The notes: generated from the letters alone by a model not told the origin. A DNA stretch of 64,000 nt from a virus (IMGVR_UViG_3300049928_000004:7045-71044); one strand, 5' to 3'. Positions 46,489 through 56,005 are shown, numbered from the stretch's first letter. Numbers and translations are program-made.

Positions 46489-46778
46489 GCGGCAGCCCTC
46501 TGCCCGAGCAGCACATCGCGCGAGTCGACGGCGCCCGCTTCGCCTGGGCGAATGGGTCGCAATTCGCGGTCGCGAATGGCCCGCCGACGCATCAGCACCC
46601 TGCTTCCGTTCATGGTGTAGGTCACGATCGGTGAGCCCATAGACTCCACGAACCAAGCCTCCGGCTCCCATTCCGCAACGTCATCCGGCGTCGCTGCGCG
46701 CAAGACGGAGACCATCTTTCCGTCCTCGGTGCTACCTGCGGCAATTACGCAGATGTCGCCAACCTTGCATCGTGTCAT
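46485..46778 (-). CDS. Hypothetical phage protein
   Basis: MTRCKVGDIC start, D..LRPIRP end. Confidence 0.6.
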   Translation of the reverse strand: MTRCKVGDICVIAAGSTEDGKMVSVLRAATPDDVAEWEPEAWFVESMGSPIVTYTMNGSRVLMRRRAIRDRELRPIRPGEAGAVDSRDVLLGQRAAA

Positions 46779-46817
46779 CAGTTCTCTCCAAGTGCTTGCC
46801 GCTATGCGGCCTTGTGG

Positions 46818-48221
46818 TTAGTACGCGTCGCCGCGGCTGTAGTCTGGCGCCAGGTTCTCGAACTTGGTCCATTGCTTCAGGAACGCCAACTTGATCGTTC
46901 CCACGGGACCGCTGCGATGCTTCGCCAAGATCACCTCGGCGACGCCGGGCTCCTTGGAGTTCTTGTCGTAGTAGTCATCGCGATAGATGAAGGCGACGAT
47001 GTCGGCGTCCTGCTCGATGGAGCCGGACTCGCGCAGATCGGACATGAGCGGTCGCTTGTCGGTGCGGCTCTCAACTGCCCGGTTCAGCTGGGAAAGTGCG
47101 ATCACCGGGCAGTTCATTTCGCGAGCCAACGCCTTCAGGCCGCGGGACATAGCCCCGACAGCGGTCGCGCGGTTCTCGCCCTCCATGTCGCTAGATCCGC
47201 CCATGAGCTGCAGGTAGTCCACGACAATCAGCCCCAACTTGCCAACGATGCGCGCCTGCCGGCGCGACCTGGCGCGCAACTCTGCGACGCTCAGGTTCGG
47301 CGTGTCATCGATGCAGATCGTGCTCTTCGAGAGTCGCTCGATCGCCTCCGTCAGCCGCCCCCATTCGTCACCGTCCAGCTTGCCAGTGCGCAGGTGCTGT
47401 TGGTCGATCTTTCCCTGTGATCCCGCCATGCGCTTCGTCAGTTGCTCGGCGCTCATCTCCATTGAGAACACGAGCACGGGCTGACCGTTCGTGATCGCCA
47501 CGTTCTCGGCGATGTTCATGGCTAGAGCGGTCTTGCCCATGCTGGGCCGAGCGGCCAGGATGATCAGGTCTCCTGCCTGGAGTCCTGCAGTCGACTGGTC
47601 GAGGTCGAAATAGCCGGTACGCACGCCGGTGACGTCACCGGCGCCACTCTCGGCCAGCGCTGTGACCTCATCGATCAGTTGAATTGCGAGCGTGTCCATC
47701 ATCCGGAAGCCCTGCCCCCCACGGGACGACTCCTCGCCGATGCTCATGACCTTGGACTCGGCCGCATCCAGGATCTCGGACACGACACGGCCCTGCGGGT
47801 TGAATGCGCTGGCGACGATCTCGTCTCCGGCCACGATCAACTTGCGCAGGACGGCCCGCTCGCGAACGATCTCCGCATATCGGCGGACGTTGCCAGCACT
47901 CGGGACGCTCTGGGCGAGTTCGTTCAGGTACTTGAGGCCGACGTCGGCGCCACCCGTGTCCATCGCCTGCAGTTGGACGTGTACCGTGACGACATCCGCT
48001 GGTCGGCTCGCGCCGATCAGCCGCCCGATGGCGTCGAAGATCCATCGGTGCTCCAGCCGGTAGAAGTCCGAAGCCACGAGCGTGTCGGCCGCAAGATCCC
48101 ACGTCCCGTTGTCGAAGAGCAGGCCACCAAGAACGCCCTGCTCCGCCTCGATCGACTGTGGCGGAATGCGCAGGCGCTCGGTCTCCTCGTCGTGAATCGC
48201 TCGCGCGTCAGTCCGCTGCAT
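46818..48221 (-). CDS. dnaB: Replicative DNA helicase
   Basis: PPQSIEAEQGVLG, Walker A ARPSMGKT, VDYLQL and SDLRESGSIEQDAD. Confidence 0.95.
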   Translation of the reverse strand: MQRTDARAIHDEETERLRIPPQSIEAEQGVLGGLLFDNGTWDLAADTLVASDFYRLEHRWIFDAIGRLIGASRPADVVTVHVQLQAMDTGGADVGLKYLNELAQSVPSAGNVRRYAEIVRERAVLRKLIVAGDEIVASAFNPQGRVVSEILDAAESKVMSIGEESSRGGQGFRMMDTLAIQLIDEVTALAESGAGDVTGVRTGYFDLDQSTAGLQAGDLIILAARPSMGKTALAMNIAENVAITNGQPVLVFSMEMSAEQLTKRMAGSQGKIDQQHLRTGKLDGDEWGRLTEAIERLSKSTICIDDTPNLSVAELRARSRRQARIVGKLGLIVVDYLQLMGGSSDMEGENRATAVGAMSRGLKALAREMNCPVIALSQLNRAVESRTDKRPLMSDLRESGSIEQDADIVAFIYRDDYYDKNSKEPGVAEVILAKHRSGPVGTIKLAFLKQWTKFENLAPDYSRGDAY

Positions 48222-49260
48222 TGCTGCCTCCGGTGATGGCATCGATGGCGTCCTTCGCTGCACCCAGTCGGCGCTCGCGGGCCGCAGCGGCTGCCGCTCG
48301 AGCCGCGTTGAGGTGCTCCGGCGCCTTCGATCCGACGCGGGCAGCTTCGGCAGCATGTGCCGCCGCCGTCTCCCGTACCTGCGGGTTCTCCGCTACCGTC
48401 ACCGGGCGAGTGCGCTCCTTCGCGAGGTGCATGCAAGTCGCCTTGAGGTACTCGCGTGCATCCGCAGGTTGCTCGGTAGCGGCAGCCGCGACCGCCTCAC
48501 GGACAGCGTCCAGCCCGTAGTCCTTGACGAGTTTTCCCATGAACGACCGGGAGACATCCTCGCTCTGGCAGCCGCCAGCAGCCAGGACGGCGATAGCGGC
48601 GCGCCAGAGCTCGGCCTTAGCGATGTCCCCGGGGCTTTTGACCTTCTCCGGCTTCTCGGCCGGCGGTTCGCCGCCGTCCGTTCCGGTAGGAACGGAACTA
48701 GATATTCCCTTCTCCTTATCATTCCCTCTCTCTTCTCCTTCTCTTGGACTCAGTGACAGGGTCTGTGACAGACTCTGTGACAAGGTCTGTCGTATGCGCG
48801 CAATCTCTTCTGTTATGCGCGCTTTGTCGTCTTCTGTCTTCGCCTCCTTGAGGTGCTTCTCGAGCGCTGCAATACGCGCCTTCGCCGTCTTCAGCCGCTG
48901 CTTCGCCTTGGCCTCAATGGCGTTGTTGACGCCCTCAGCCACCACCGGGTGATACAGCCGTCCATCGCTGCACATGAACCAGCCCCGGAGTGCGCCGAGT
49001 TTCACCTTCGCCCAGGCTTTCAAGTCGCGGGCCAATTCTGCGAGCCGGCACAGGTCGATGTCATCGGCCGGCAGGCTGCCGGCGGGAACCTGGTCCCATG
49101 ACTTCAGCCACAGTGTCACGCCGGCGCGCCACTCGGCATCGCTGGCGCGAGCGTGAAACGTCGAACCGAACAAGCGCGACCTGAAGAGTGGTGTATGCGG
49201 GAAGTCCCGCAGATCGCAGCCAGGAGGCGTGAGTGGAGCGATTCCTTCTGGTTCAGTCAC
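48208..49260 (-). CDS. Replication initiator (DUF1376/YdaU-like)
   Basis: N-terminal wHTH (SWDQVPAGSLP...GRLYHPVV); internal iterons; upstream of dnaB. Confidence 0.75.
   Translation of the reverse strand: MTEPEGIAPLTPPGCDLRDFPHTPLFRSRLFGSTFHARASDAEWRAGVTLWLKSWDQVPAGSLPADDIDLCRLAELARDLKAWAKVKLGALRGWFMCSDGRLYHPVVAEGVNNAIEAKAKQRLKTAKARIAALEKHLKEAKTEDDKARITEEIARIRQTLSQSLSQTLSLSPREGEERGNDKEKGISSSVPTGTDGGEPPAEKPEKVKSPGDIAKAELWRAAIAVLAAGGCQSEDVSRSFMGKLVKDYGLDAVREAVAAAATEQPADAREYLKATCMHLAKERTRPVTVAENPQVRETAAAHAAEAARVGSKAPEHLNAARAAAAAARERRLGAAKDAIDAITGGSNAAD
48752..48791. repeat. Iteron-like repeats (putative origin)
   Basis: 12-bp period: AGTGACAGGGTC, TGTGACAGACTC, TGTGACAAGGTC, next to a pyrimidine-rich tract. 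Confidence 0.6.
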
Positions 49261-50105
49261 GAGGAGAGTGCTCCTTCGGACTGTTCTGCGCTTGGTGTAG
49301 TTCTCGGCGTTCTGCCATATCGCACGTCACTCATCGCGAGCGAACGAACACCCTTCATCGGCAGTACCGGCGTAGCTAGCGCACGATCCACGGACCAACC
49401 GAAGTGATTCAGGCGACGGCAGACGGTCGACGTCTTGAGGCTGAGAATCTCGCACCATTCCGACATGCAGCGCGTCTCGCCTCGAAATTCGAGCATCCGA
49501 TTCGTGCGCATGTTACGGCCCTGCTCAGTGGGGGTTGCCCAACGACAGTTCGATGCGGAATACGGCCCATTGTTGTCGCGCCGATCCAGCGACTTGCCTT
49601 CTGGTCGGTGACCCATATCGGCGAAAAAGTTCGCGAAGTCGTGCCACCGCTCGTCCACCACGATCCCGCGTCCGCCGTAGCGATCGTATGCCTCGTTCGT
49701 CGTGGTATAGCAGCGCGCCATCATGCTCATCCAAAGGCCATGGATTAGCGTGTCCGCCATGCCGTGTTCGGTGTTGCATTCGACACGGCGCTCCTGTTGA
49801 TAGCAGCCACATGACTGGGTGGTACCTTCCACGAGGCCTGTGCTGGAATGCTGGCTTACGCACCCACAGTCGCACTGGCAGCGCCACACCATGCCCCTTG
49901 ATGTGTTCCGACCAACCACCTCCAAGGCAACCAAACGCCCAAAGCGTTGGCCAGCCAAGTCGCGGAATCGTGCGCCACGGCGCACGCCGCGGCTATCGAC
50001 GATGCTTCCGAAGGTGTTACCGAGAACTTCCGCCTGGCGCTTGCCGAGCGTGCCGTCTTCCTTGATGGCGTGGTACGTTTCGATCGATGTGGCAGCGACA
50101 GTCAT
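49257..50105 (-). CDS. HNH-like homing endonuclease
   Basis: DLAGQRFGRL, W.C.CDCG, YGGRGI and SLDRRDNNGPY...NCRWAT motifs. Confidence 0.8.
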   Translation of the reverse strand: MTVAATSIETYHAIKEDGTLGKRQAEVLGNTFGSIVDSRGVRRGARFRDLAGQRFGRLVALEVVGRNTSRGMVWRCQCDCGCVSQHSSTGLVEGTTQSCGCYQQERRVECNTEHGMADTLIHGLWMSMMARCYTTTNEAYDRYGGRGIVVDERWHDFANFFADMGHRPEGKSLDRRDNNGPYSASNCRWATPTEQGRNMRTNRMLEFRGETRCMSEWCEILSLKTSTVCRRLNHFGWSVDRALATPVLPMKGVRSLAMSDVRYGRTPRTTPSAEQSEGALSS

Positions 50106-50662
50106 GCTTGACCCCGCCATTCGAAAACGCTGGTTGCCTTCGAGGTGGCGTGCCTGGCCCCGCGCCTGATCCCGTTGATCCGGCTACGTGAGAGGCCGGT
50201 GCGCGCCATCAGATCGGTCGTCGGCTCATCGCTGCGCATGATTTCCATCTGCGTCTCGGCACTGATCTTGCGCTTTGCCTGCTGGAGCGCAGACCGCGCT
50301 GCGATGTGTTGCAGGGTGTCGTAAGCCCCGCGCTCCGAAGCGGCCTGTGTGGCTTGGCGCCGCGTTCCCACCTTGACGTGAGACGTGCACAGGCAATCGA
50401 TGTAGCGACAGTCTGGCGTCGGGTAGGCGACAAGACCGCGAGCTGGTTCAGCGCCGGTCTTGATGATCCATGCAGCCCGTCGTACCCGTCGGCACACCCG
50501 CGTCCCATCAGGCATCACAATGTGGACGGTGGGCATCACACCGACGGCGCAGTTGCCGAGGTAGCGCCAGCAGCCGCTTACCTCGTCAACGCGGCAGCGC
50601 GCGAGAAGCGTTGCCTCATCCCGGATGCCGTTGAGATAAGTTCCCTTGGCAATGCCCATCAT
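50102..50662 (-). CDS. Hypothetical protein (degenerate HNH/HTH-like)
   Basis: SGCWRYLG and C..IDCL...H motifs; C-terminal HTH. Confidence 0.55.
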   Translation of the reverse strand: MMGIAKGTYLNGIRDEATLLARCRVDEVSGCWRYLGNCAVGVMPTVHIVMPDGTRVCRRVRRAAWIIKTGAEPARGLVAYPTPDCRYIDCLCTSHVKVGTRRQATQAASERGAYDTLQHIAARSALQQAKRKISAETQMEIMRSDEPTTDLMARTGLSRSRINGIRRGARHATSKATSVFEWRGQA

Positions 50663-51024
50663 TTCCTCCGCTGCTCGTGGTCAGGCACCTTGACTGTGTC
50701 GAACTTCGACACGAATCCTGGCGGCCAATCGATGGAGAACTTCGGAACCTCGGCCGGCTGAGGCTTCGTCGGACGGCGGCGCGGCTTGATGTAGCCCAGG
50801 CGCCATTGCGTGAAGCCGCTGGGGCAAATCGACCTCTCGACCAGACCCACGGCGATCGCCTTGTCCAGCGAGGGGCGGATCGCATTCGGCTTCACGCCCA
50901 GCGCCGTGCACACGGCGAGGTTGGGAATCCATGCTCCTTTGGGCTTTCGGTCGAGGGCCTTCTCGAGATATTCGATGGCACGCTCGGCGATTGTTTCGGG
51001 TTGGGGTTGGTAGACGGCGCTCAT
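50659..51024 (-). CDS. Winged-HTH-like hypothetical protein
   Basis: ATG at 51024; VCTALGVKPNAIRPSLDKA. Confidence 0.55.
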   Translation of the reverse strand: MSAVYQPQPETIAERAIEYLEKALDRKPKGAWIPNLAVCTALGVKPNAIRPSLDKAIAVGLVERSICPSGFTQWRLGYIKPRRRPTKPQPAEVPKFSIDWPPGFVSKFDTVKVPDHEQRRK

Positions 51025-51317
51025 TGCCCTGCTCCCACGAATACACCGCGGAAGTGCGCCGCCATCTGGGCACCGATGTCGGACTTGCCGGCAAGGGTGA
51101 CGATCGGGTCGACGTGGAGCAGGAGCGGCGCCGGCGCAGTGCGCAGGGCGACCCATTCGTCCATGCGGCTCATGTCCGCGCGCGGGCGGCACACGCCTTG
51201 CCGCGCAAGTTCATCGGTTATCCGGTCGATCTCATCTGTGTCGCGAACAAGAGCGGCATGGATGAGTGCGTCTCGGGTATTGGGATCGAAGTGGCGGGAC
51301 GGGGTGGTGTCGGGCAT
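51021..51317 (-). CDS. Hypothetical protein
   Basis: ATG at 51317; coupled to the next gene. Confidence 0.5.
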   Translation of the reverse strand: MPDTTPSRHFDPNTRDALIHAALVRDTDEIDRITDELARQGVCRPRADMSRMDEWVALRTAPAPLLLHVDPIVTLAGKSDIGAQMAAHFRGVFVGAGQ

Positions 51318-51333
51318 GGCGTGGCCTTTGGGG

Positions 51334-52471
51334 TTAGGCGAGGTCAGCAAAGAGAGGCATGTCGCCGGCAATGCGGCGACGCGCAATCTCGATGTATTGC
51401 GGGTCGAGTTCGATTCCGATGGCGCTGAAGCCCTCCAACTCGGCCGCCTTGAGCGTCGAGCCGCTGCCCATGAAGGGATCGAGGACTACCCCCCCCTTGT
51501 GGGGTAATGAGGCGGCAGAGGTAGCGCATGAGGTCCGTGGGCTTCACGGTCGGATGGAAGTTCTGTCGTGAGGACTTGCCGCGCTGATAGGCGTTATCGG
51601 CGGGAACCTTGCGGCCGTCATCTGTCAGACGGCCTTCGAGGCCTTCGAGGCCTTCGTTGCGGTCGTGCTTTGAGGCCTTAGCCGTGTAGAAGAATCGCGC
51701 GGCGCTTCCGGCATCGCCACGCGGAGCGGCACCATTGGAGCCGCGGTTCATCACGCCGAAGGCGTTTTGCCCGGCACGTTGCGTGTCGCTCGTGCTCGCT
51801 TTGGCGAGTTGGCCGGGCGCGGACGGGAAGGCAGCAACTACCTCGTCGCTGCCGTCATGCAGGAGATTGGCGGGCCAGCGGCCCAGGCCGGCCGCGCCGG
51901 CGAGATAACTGTCGGCGGTCAAGGCTTGCTCACGCATGCCCCATCCTTCGGTGTTGCGCTTTGTTTGCTTTGAGCGAATTTCAGCAGCAGCAGCAGCAGC
52001 ATCTTCCGTGCCAGCGTAGTCCACGCGGCACGCGTCGATGTTCAGCGCCCCGGTGCCATGCTCGCGCCAGTTGGCTTCGACAGTGCCGATCAGCGGTTTG
52101 CGCGCCAGGACGATGGGCTCCCATGCCGGCTTGAGCGCAGTGCCGCCCCACTCGCCGTTGCGCGACTTCGGGAAGCCGGACCCGAAGGCCCAGCCAATCT
52201 GGTCGCGAATCTGGAAGCCTGCATCTTCAATGGCGCAGACCATGCGGTGATAGGTGCGCGTACCGCTGAAGGCAAGCAGATGGCCACCTGGCTTCAGGAC
52301 GCGCAGCGCGGCGCGCCACGTCTCCGGGTCGAAGGCGACGCCACTCGCGTCCCAACTCTTGCCCATGAAGCCGAGCTCGTAAGGCGGGTCACAGACCACG
52401 GAGTCAACGCTCGCCTCGTCCAGCGTCGGCAGGACTTTGCGGCAGTCGCCTTGAAGGATGCGGATCGTCAT
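51334..52471 (-). pseudogene. Beta-class N6A/N4C DNA methyltransferase, frameshifted at a G8 tract
   Basis: DPPY at the N-terminus and HPTVKP present; LDPFMGSGST and IGIELD lie in another frame after G8 (plus-strand C 51489-51496); removing one G gives a 378-aa ORF ending at TAA 51334. Confidence 0.85.
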
Positions 52472-52728
52472 GCGTCACTCCGGAAGCGCAACATCAGGCC
52501 GATCCAGAGAGCGTTGGCGAGAACGATCACGACGCCGCCGGCGGTGCTCCACCACTGGCCCAGACTCGGGTAGTAGTAGAGATTCCACGCGCCCCAACAG
52601 GCGAAGAAGGCCGTTGACAGGATGCTCACGCCCTTGACGGACTTGTCGCGCCAGACGGCGCGGCAGTGGTTCAGGACGAAAAGGCCGCCGAGGCACTCGA
52701 AGGCGCCGTTGAAGATGTCGGGTGTCAT
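52468..52728 (-). CDS. PQ-loop/SemiSWEET-like 3-TM membrane protein
   Basis: 86 aa, three hydrophobic helices, RDKSVKGVS loop. Confidence 0.5.
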   Translation of the reverse strand: MTPDIFNGAFECLGGLFVLNHCRAVWRDKSVKGVSILSTAFFACWGAWNLYYYPSLGQWWSTAGGVVIVLANALWIGLMLRFRSDA

Positions 52729-53792
52729 GCAATCTCCGCAAAGAGTGGGGATTCGCCCTGGATGCGATCACGCGCAAGGTCGGCGAAGGTGTCGTTCAAT
52801 TCGATCAAGACGGCCGACCGATGCAGGCGGTCCGCGACTAGCCCGGTGGTACCGGCGCCGCCGAACGGATCGAGTACCGTTCCGCCTTCGGGGCAACCGG
52901 CCGCGATGCATGTCTCTGCCAACTCGGGCGCCATGGTTGCGAAGTGCGCGCCGGGATAGGGCCGCGTGGCAATCGTCCAGACGCTGCGGCGGTTGCGCGT
53001 GTCGGAGTAGTCGATCGGCTCACGGTCGAGGCGGTGCTGGGCGGTCTGACCGCTCGCGCCATCGCTGTACTTAGTCTCGCGAGCGAATGAATTCCGACGG
53101 CTGCGGGTGGGGAAGCCTCCAGACTTGTCCTGCTGCGGCGATCCAAGATATGCAGAGCTGGCATCCTGCTCTCCGCGGCCGGTGACTTTGGCGCGCGCGA
53201 GATCCCGCTCACTGGATACGCAAGGCTCTTGCATCGCATCCGAATCGAAGTAGTACCGCTCCGATTTCGACAGCAGGAAGACGTATTCGTGCGCCTTGGT
53301 GCAGCGGTCGCGCACCGATTCAGGCATCGCGTTGGGCTTCGACCAGATGATGTCTTGGCGCAGATACCAGCCGTCGGCACGCAGGGCGAACGCTAGCATC
53401 CAAGGAATACCGATCAAGTCCTTCGCCTTGATGCCAGCGCCAGGTCGAATCCGCGCATCAGGTATCGCTGCGCCATTGACGCCAGCATTTGCTAGGTTGC
53501 CGCTGCGCCCTCGGCGCGTACCTGACGCGTCTTTGCCCCCGCTTGTCGCGTAGCTGTCTCCGATGTTGAGCCAGAGCGTGCCATCGTCGGCGAGCACGTC
53601 GCGCACACCCCGAAAGACTTCGACCATCGTGGCGATGTACTCGTCCGGGCTGGGCTCAAGCCCGATCTGTTCGGCGTGGCCGTAGTCCCGCAGGCCGAAG
53701 TACGGCGGCGATGTCACGCAGCACTGCACCGATCTGGGTACCAGTGTCGGAAGAACCGCACGGCAATCGCCGCGAAGGATCTGGACGGTCAT
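52725..53792 (-). CDS. Beta-class N4C/N6A DNA methyltransferase (intact)
   Basis: TSPPY, HFAT and VLDPFGGAGTT motifs. Confidence 0.92.
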   Translation of the reverse strand: MTVQILRGDCRAVLPTLVPRSVQCCVTSPPYFGLRDYGHAEQIGLEPSPDEYIATMVEVFRGVRDVLADDGTLWLNIGDSYATSGGKDASGTRRGRSGNLANAGVNGAAIPDARIRPGAGIKAKDLIGIPWMLAFALRADGWYLRQDIIWSKPNAMPESVRDRCTKAHEYVFLLSKSERYYFDSDAMQEPCVSSERDLARAKVTGRGEQDASSAYLGSPQQDKSGGFPTRSRRNSFARETKYSDGASGQTAQHRLDREPIDYSDTRNRRSVWTIATRPYPGAHFATMAPELAETCIAAGCPEGGTVLDPFGGAGTTGLVADRLHRSAVLIELNDTFADLARDRIQGESPLFAEIA

Positions 53793-54103
53793 GATTCGTC
53801 CCACCTTGCGCCGCAGTCTGGGCAATCGCACTGAATGACGCGATACGTCTCGCCGACCTGACCGCGCGTGGCGTTCGGGTGTGTGCACCGCGCCGTCTGC
53901 ACATCGTCTCGCGTCAGGCAGAACAGCGACGTCGAGATTGCCGCACACCGCTCGGCCAGTTGCCGCAACATCTCGCCCTCGGTTGCTGACTCAGGATCGA
54001 CAGCTTGGATGAACAATGCGGCGTCGTTGAGCGCGCGGTGAGCGTGCTTTGCCATTTCAAGCAGGCCGGCCGCGTTGTCGAAGGCATCAGGGGCTTCGAT
54101 CAC
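53789..54103 (-). CDS. Hypothetical protein (EMAKHAHRALN module plus C-terminal Zn ribbon)
   Basis: CTH...CDCPDCG; ATGA-coupled. Confidence 0.6.
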   Translation of the reverse strand: MIEAPDAFDNAAGLLEMAKHAHRALNDAALFIQAVDPESATEGEMLRQLAERCAAISTSLFCLTRDDVQTARCTHPNATRGQVGETYRVIQCDCPDCGARWDES

Positions 54104-54246
54104 GCCGACTCCTTCACGTCATCCATCGCCCGCACTGCCGCATCCCAGATGCACCAGGCGCTCGGCGTGTCATCGATGAAGACGTCCGGCAGCGGCGTGA
54201 TGGGCAGCGGCTTCCAGGGGATGGGCGGGAGGGTTGGGGTGTTCAT
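54100..54246 (-). CDS. Small Pro-rich hypothetical protein
   Basis: MNTPTLPPIPWKPLP...WCIWDAAV; ATGA overlaps at both ends. Confidence 0.5.
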   Translation of the reverse strand: MNTPTLPPIPWKPLPITPLPDVFIDDTPSAWCIWDAAVRAMDDVKESA

Positions 54247-54638
54247 ACGGCAATCCTCAAATCACGGAACAGCCGGCGCTCTACGTCGCGCTCGTGTTCC
54301 ATTTCCTTGATACGTTCATTGGCTTCGCGCAGTTGGCGCTCCAACTCGCTCTCCGCATGCCGCAGTGACGACAGGTCGTAGTTGCGCTGCTGGAGCATCC
54401 ACAGAAGGGGCGCATCGTTGCCGCAAGCGTCCATGAGGGCGGTGAGCTTCGACCACAAGATTCCTTCCTTGTCGTCAGTCCATCGCGAGAACTGCGCGCG
54501 GTCGGCCTTCAAGGCGTCCTGGACTTGCTTCGGAGTCATGCCTGCGGCCTTCGCGCACAGGCTGATCGCGCCGCCAAGAGAGGACTCGCGAGCGACCTCC
54601 TGGGCCGTCACTTCAGAGGGGAAACCGAGCTGGTTCAC
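54243..54638 (-). CDS. CII-like transcriptional regulator
   Basis: HTH-like segment and LMDACGNDAPLLW motif; position after cro. Confidence 0.65.
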   Translation of the reverse strand: MNQLGFPSEVTAQEVARESSLGGAISLCAKAAGMTPKQVQDALKADRAQFSRWTDDKEGILWSKLTALMDACGNDAPLLWMLQQRNYDLSSLRHAESELERQLREANERIKEMEHERDVERRLFRDLRIAV

Positions 54639-54907
54639 AGCGCCTCGCCAAATTGATGAGTGGTGTTGAGTAGCTCAACGGGAGAAAAATGGGAGCCATG
54701 GACAACACGAAAGATCTGCCCCATGAAGCCAACGGTTCCAACTCCCGCCGAAGCGATCCGTCTCGTTTTCAAGCGAGCGTGCGAATCCATCTCGCGGGAG
54801 TACGGCTGGCTCGCGCAGTCGATCGACGCGCCGAGCGAGAAGGCCGCAGCCGTGGCGTTCGTGAAGGCGCGGCGCAAAGCTGCGAAGCCGGGGAAACCGT
54901 GAGCCAC

Positions 54908-55159
54908 CTAGACCACCTCGCCACAACGCTGGCGCGAGCAGTGTTCGCACCAGGCCGCGTGAACGTCGGTCGGGACGCTGAACTCGGAATAGCTCAGCCC
55001 ATTGCGGCTGCGCTTGAGTTCCACGATCAGGCCGCGCTCGAGCAGCTTCTTGACCGTGCGCGAGGACGGCTGTTGAACCATCCGGGAGCCGACCTGCCAA
55101 CCATCGAAGGTCAGCAGCGTCCGCTGGTTCACGGTGAGGTTGCTGAAGTCGTATGCCAT
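54908..55159 (-). CDS. Hypothetical wHTH-like protein
   Basis: TVKKLLERGLI. Confidence 0.5.
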   Translation of the reverse strand: MAYDFSNLTVNQRTLLTFDGWQVGSRMVQQPSSRTVKKLLERGLIVELKRSRNGLSYSEFSVPTDVHAAWCEHCSRQRCGEVV

Positions 55160-55162
55160 GGG

Positions 55163-55267
55163 TCAGCCCACCACAGCAAAGATCGGAGCGCCGCAGGCGA
55201 CAGCAATGGCGGCGAGAACGGCGGCAAAGTACAGGGCCGTGAGAGCGAGAGAGGCGAGGCGGCGCAT
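55163..55267 (-). CDS. Small hydrophobic peptide
   Basis: 34 aa, single TM segment, ATG directly after the upstream TAA. Confidence 0.4.
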   Translation of the reverse strand: MRRLASLALTALYFAAVLAAIAVACGAPIFAVVG

Positions 55268-55435
55268 TTAGTTACCCCGCACCAGCAGCGCGAATGCCCA
55301 CAGGCACAGCGAGATGCAAATGCCATTGGCGATGAGTGCCGACCATGTGGCGCCGTCGCCGTCTCTGAGAGACATCGCGAGCCCAAGCAACGCGAGCAGG
55401 CCGTAGACGCACATGGCGATGAGGAAAGCGTGCAT
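55268..55435 (-). CDS. Small two-TM membrane protein
   Basis: 55 aa, two hydrophobic segments. Confidence 0.45.
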   Translation of the reverse strand: MHAFLIAMCVYGLLALLGLAMSLRDGDGATWSALIANGICISLCLWAFALLVRGN

Positions 55436-55438
55436 CGC

Positions 55439-56005
55439 TTAGTCCTCGTTCCATGCGCCGAGGCGGTGGTCGATCTCGCGAACGACCATCAATCCGCGCG
55501 GCGTCTCTTTCACAGCCGGCGCGCTCTTGCCGCGAATCGCCTGAAGGGCTGCGGCGAATTCGGCGGCGGTTGCTTGCTCGCCTCCGATGCTCAGGACTGG
55601 CTCGGGAGTCGGCTGGACGTTCTTCGCGGACATGGCGGCAATGCCAGGGATGTCGCTCGAGCGGATGTCGCTCAGGAGATCGGCAAGGACCTCGTCGCTG
55701 AGCGGAGTGCAGCGGCCAAACCAAGGGATTCCCTTGTCGAAGTCGATCGTCATCACGACGGAGTCGCCAACATGGACAACGCGCGGAACGGCGGGGATGT
55801 TCTCGGCTTCGGGGCACTCGTCCACCCACAATACGTCGTAGTTCAGCCACGATCGACTGGGCCCCGGGTCACTCGGGAAGCGGCTCTTTCCGTAGCGGAA
55901 ATAGCTCGCAACGGAAGTGCTGTCACGGCCGCGAGCTGCCGGGTCATACCCGAAGATCGCCACACGCTGGGCTGCGAGGTCATCACGGAATGCTTCTCGT
56001 TTCAT
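55439..56005 (-). CDS. Hypothetical protein
   Basis: GGAG RBS, ATG at 56005. Confidence 0.55.
   Translation of the reverse strand: MKREAFRDDLAAQRVAIFGYDPAARGRDSTSVASYFRYGKSRFPSDPGPSRSWLNYDVLWVDECPEAENIPAVPRVVHVGDSVVMTIDFDKGIPWFGRCTPLSDEVLADLLSDIRSSDIPGIAAMSAKNVQPTPEPVLSIGGEQATAAEFAAALQAIRGKSAPAVKETPRGLMVVREIDHRLGAWNED

Noticed and set aside
51983-52002. (GCA)n repeat in the first methyltransferase as a second phase-variation tract
   Set aside because: A trinucleotide repeat encoding poly-Ala; slippage would keep the frame.
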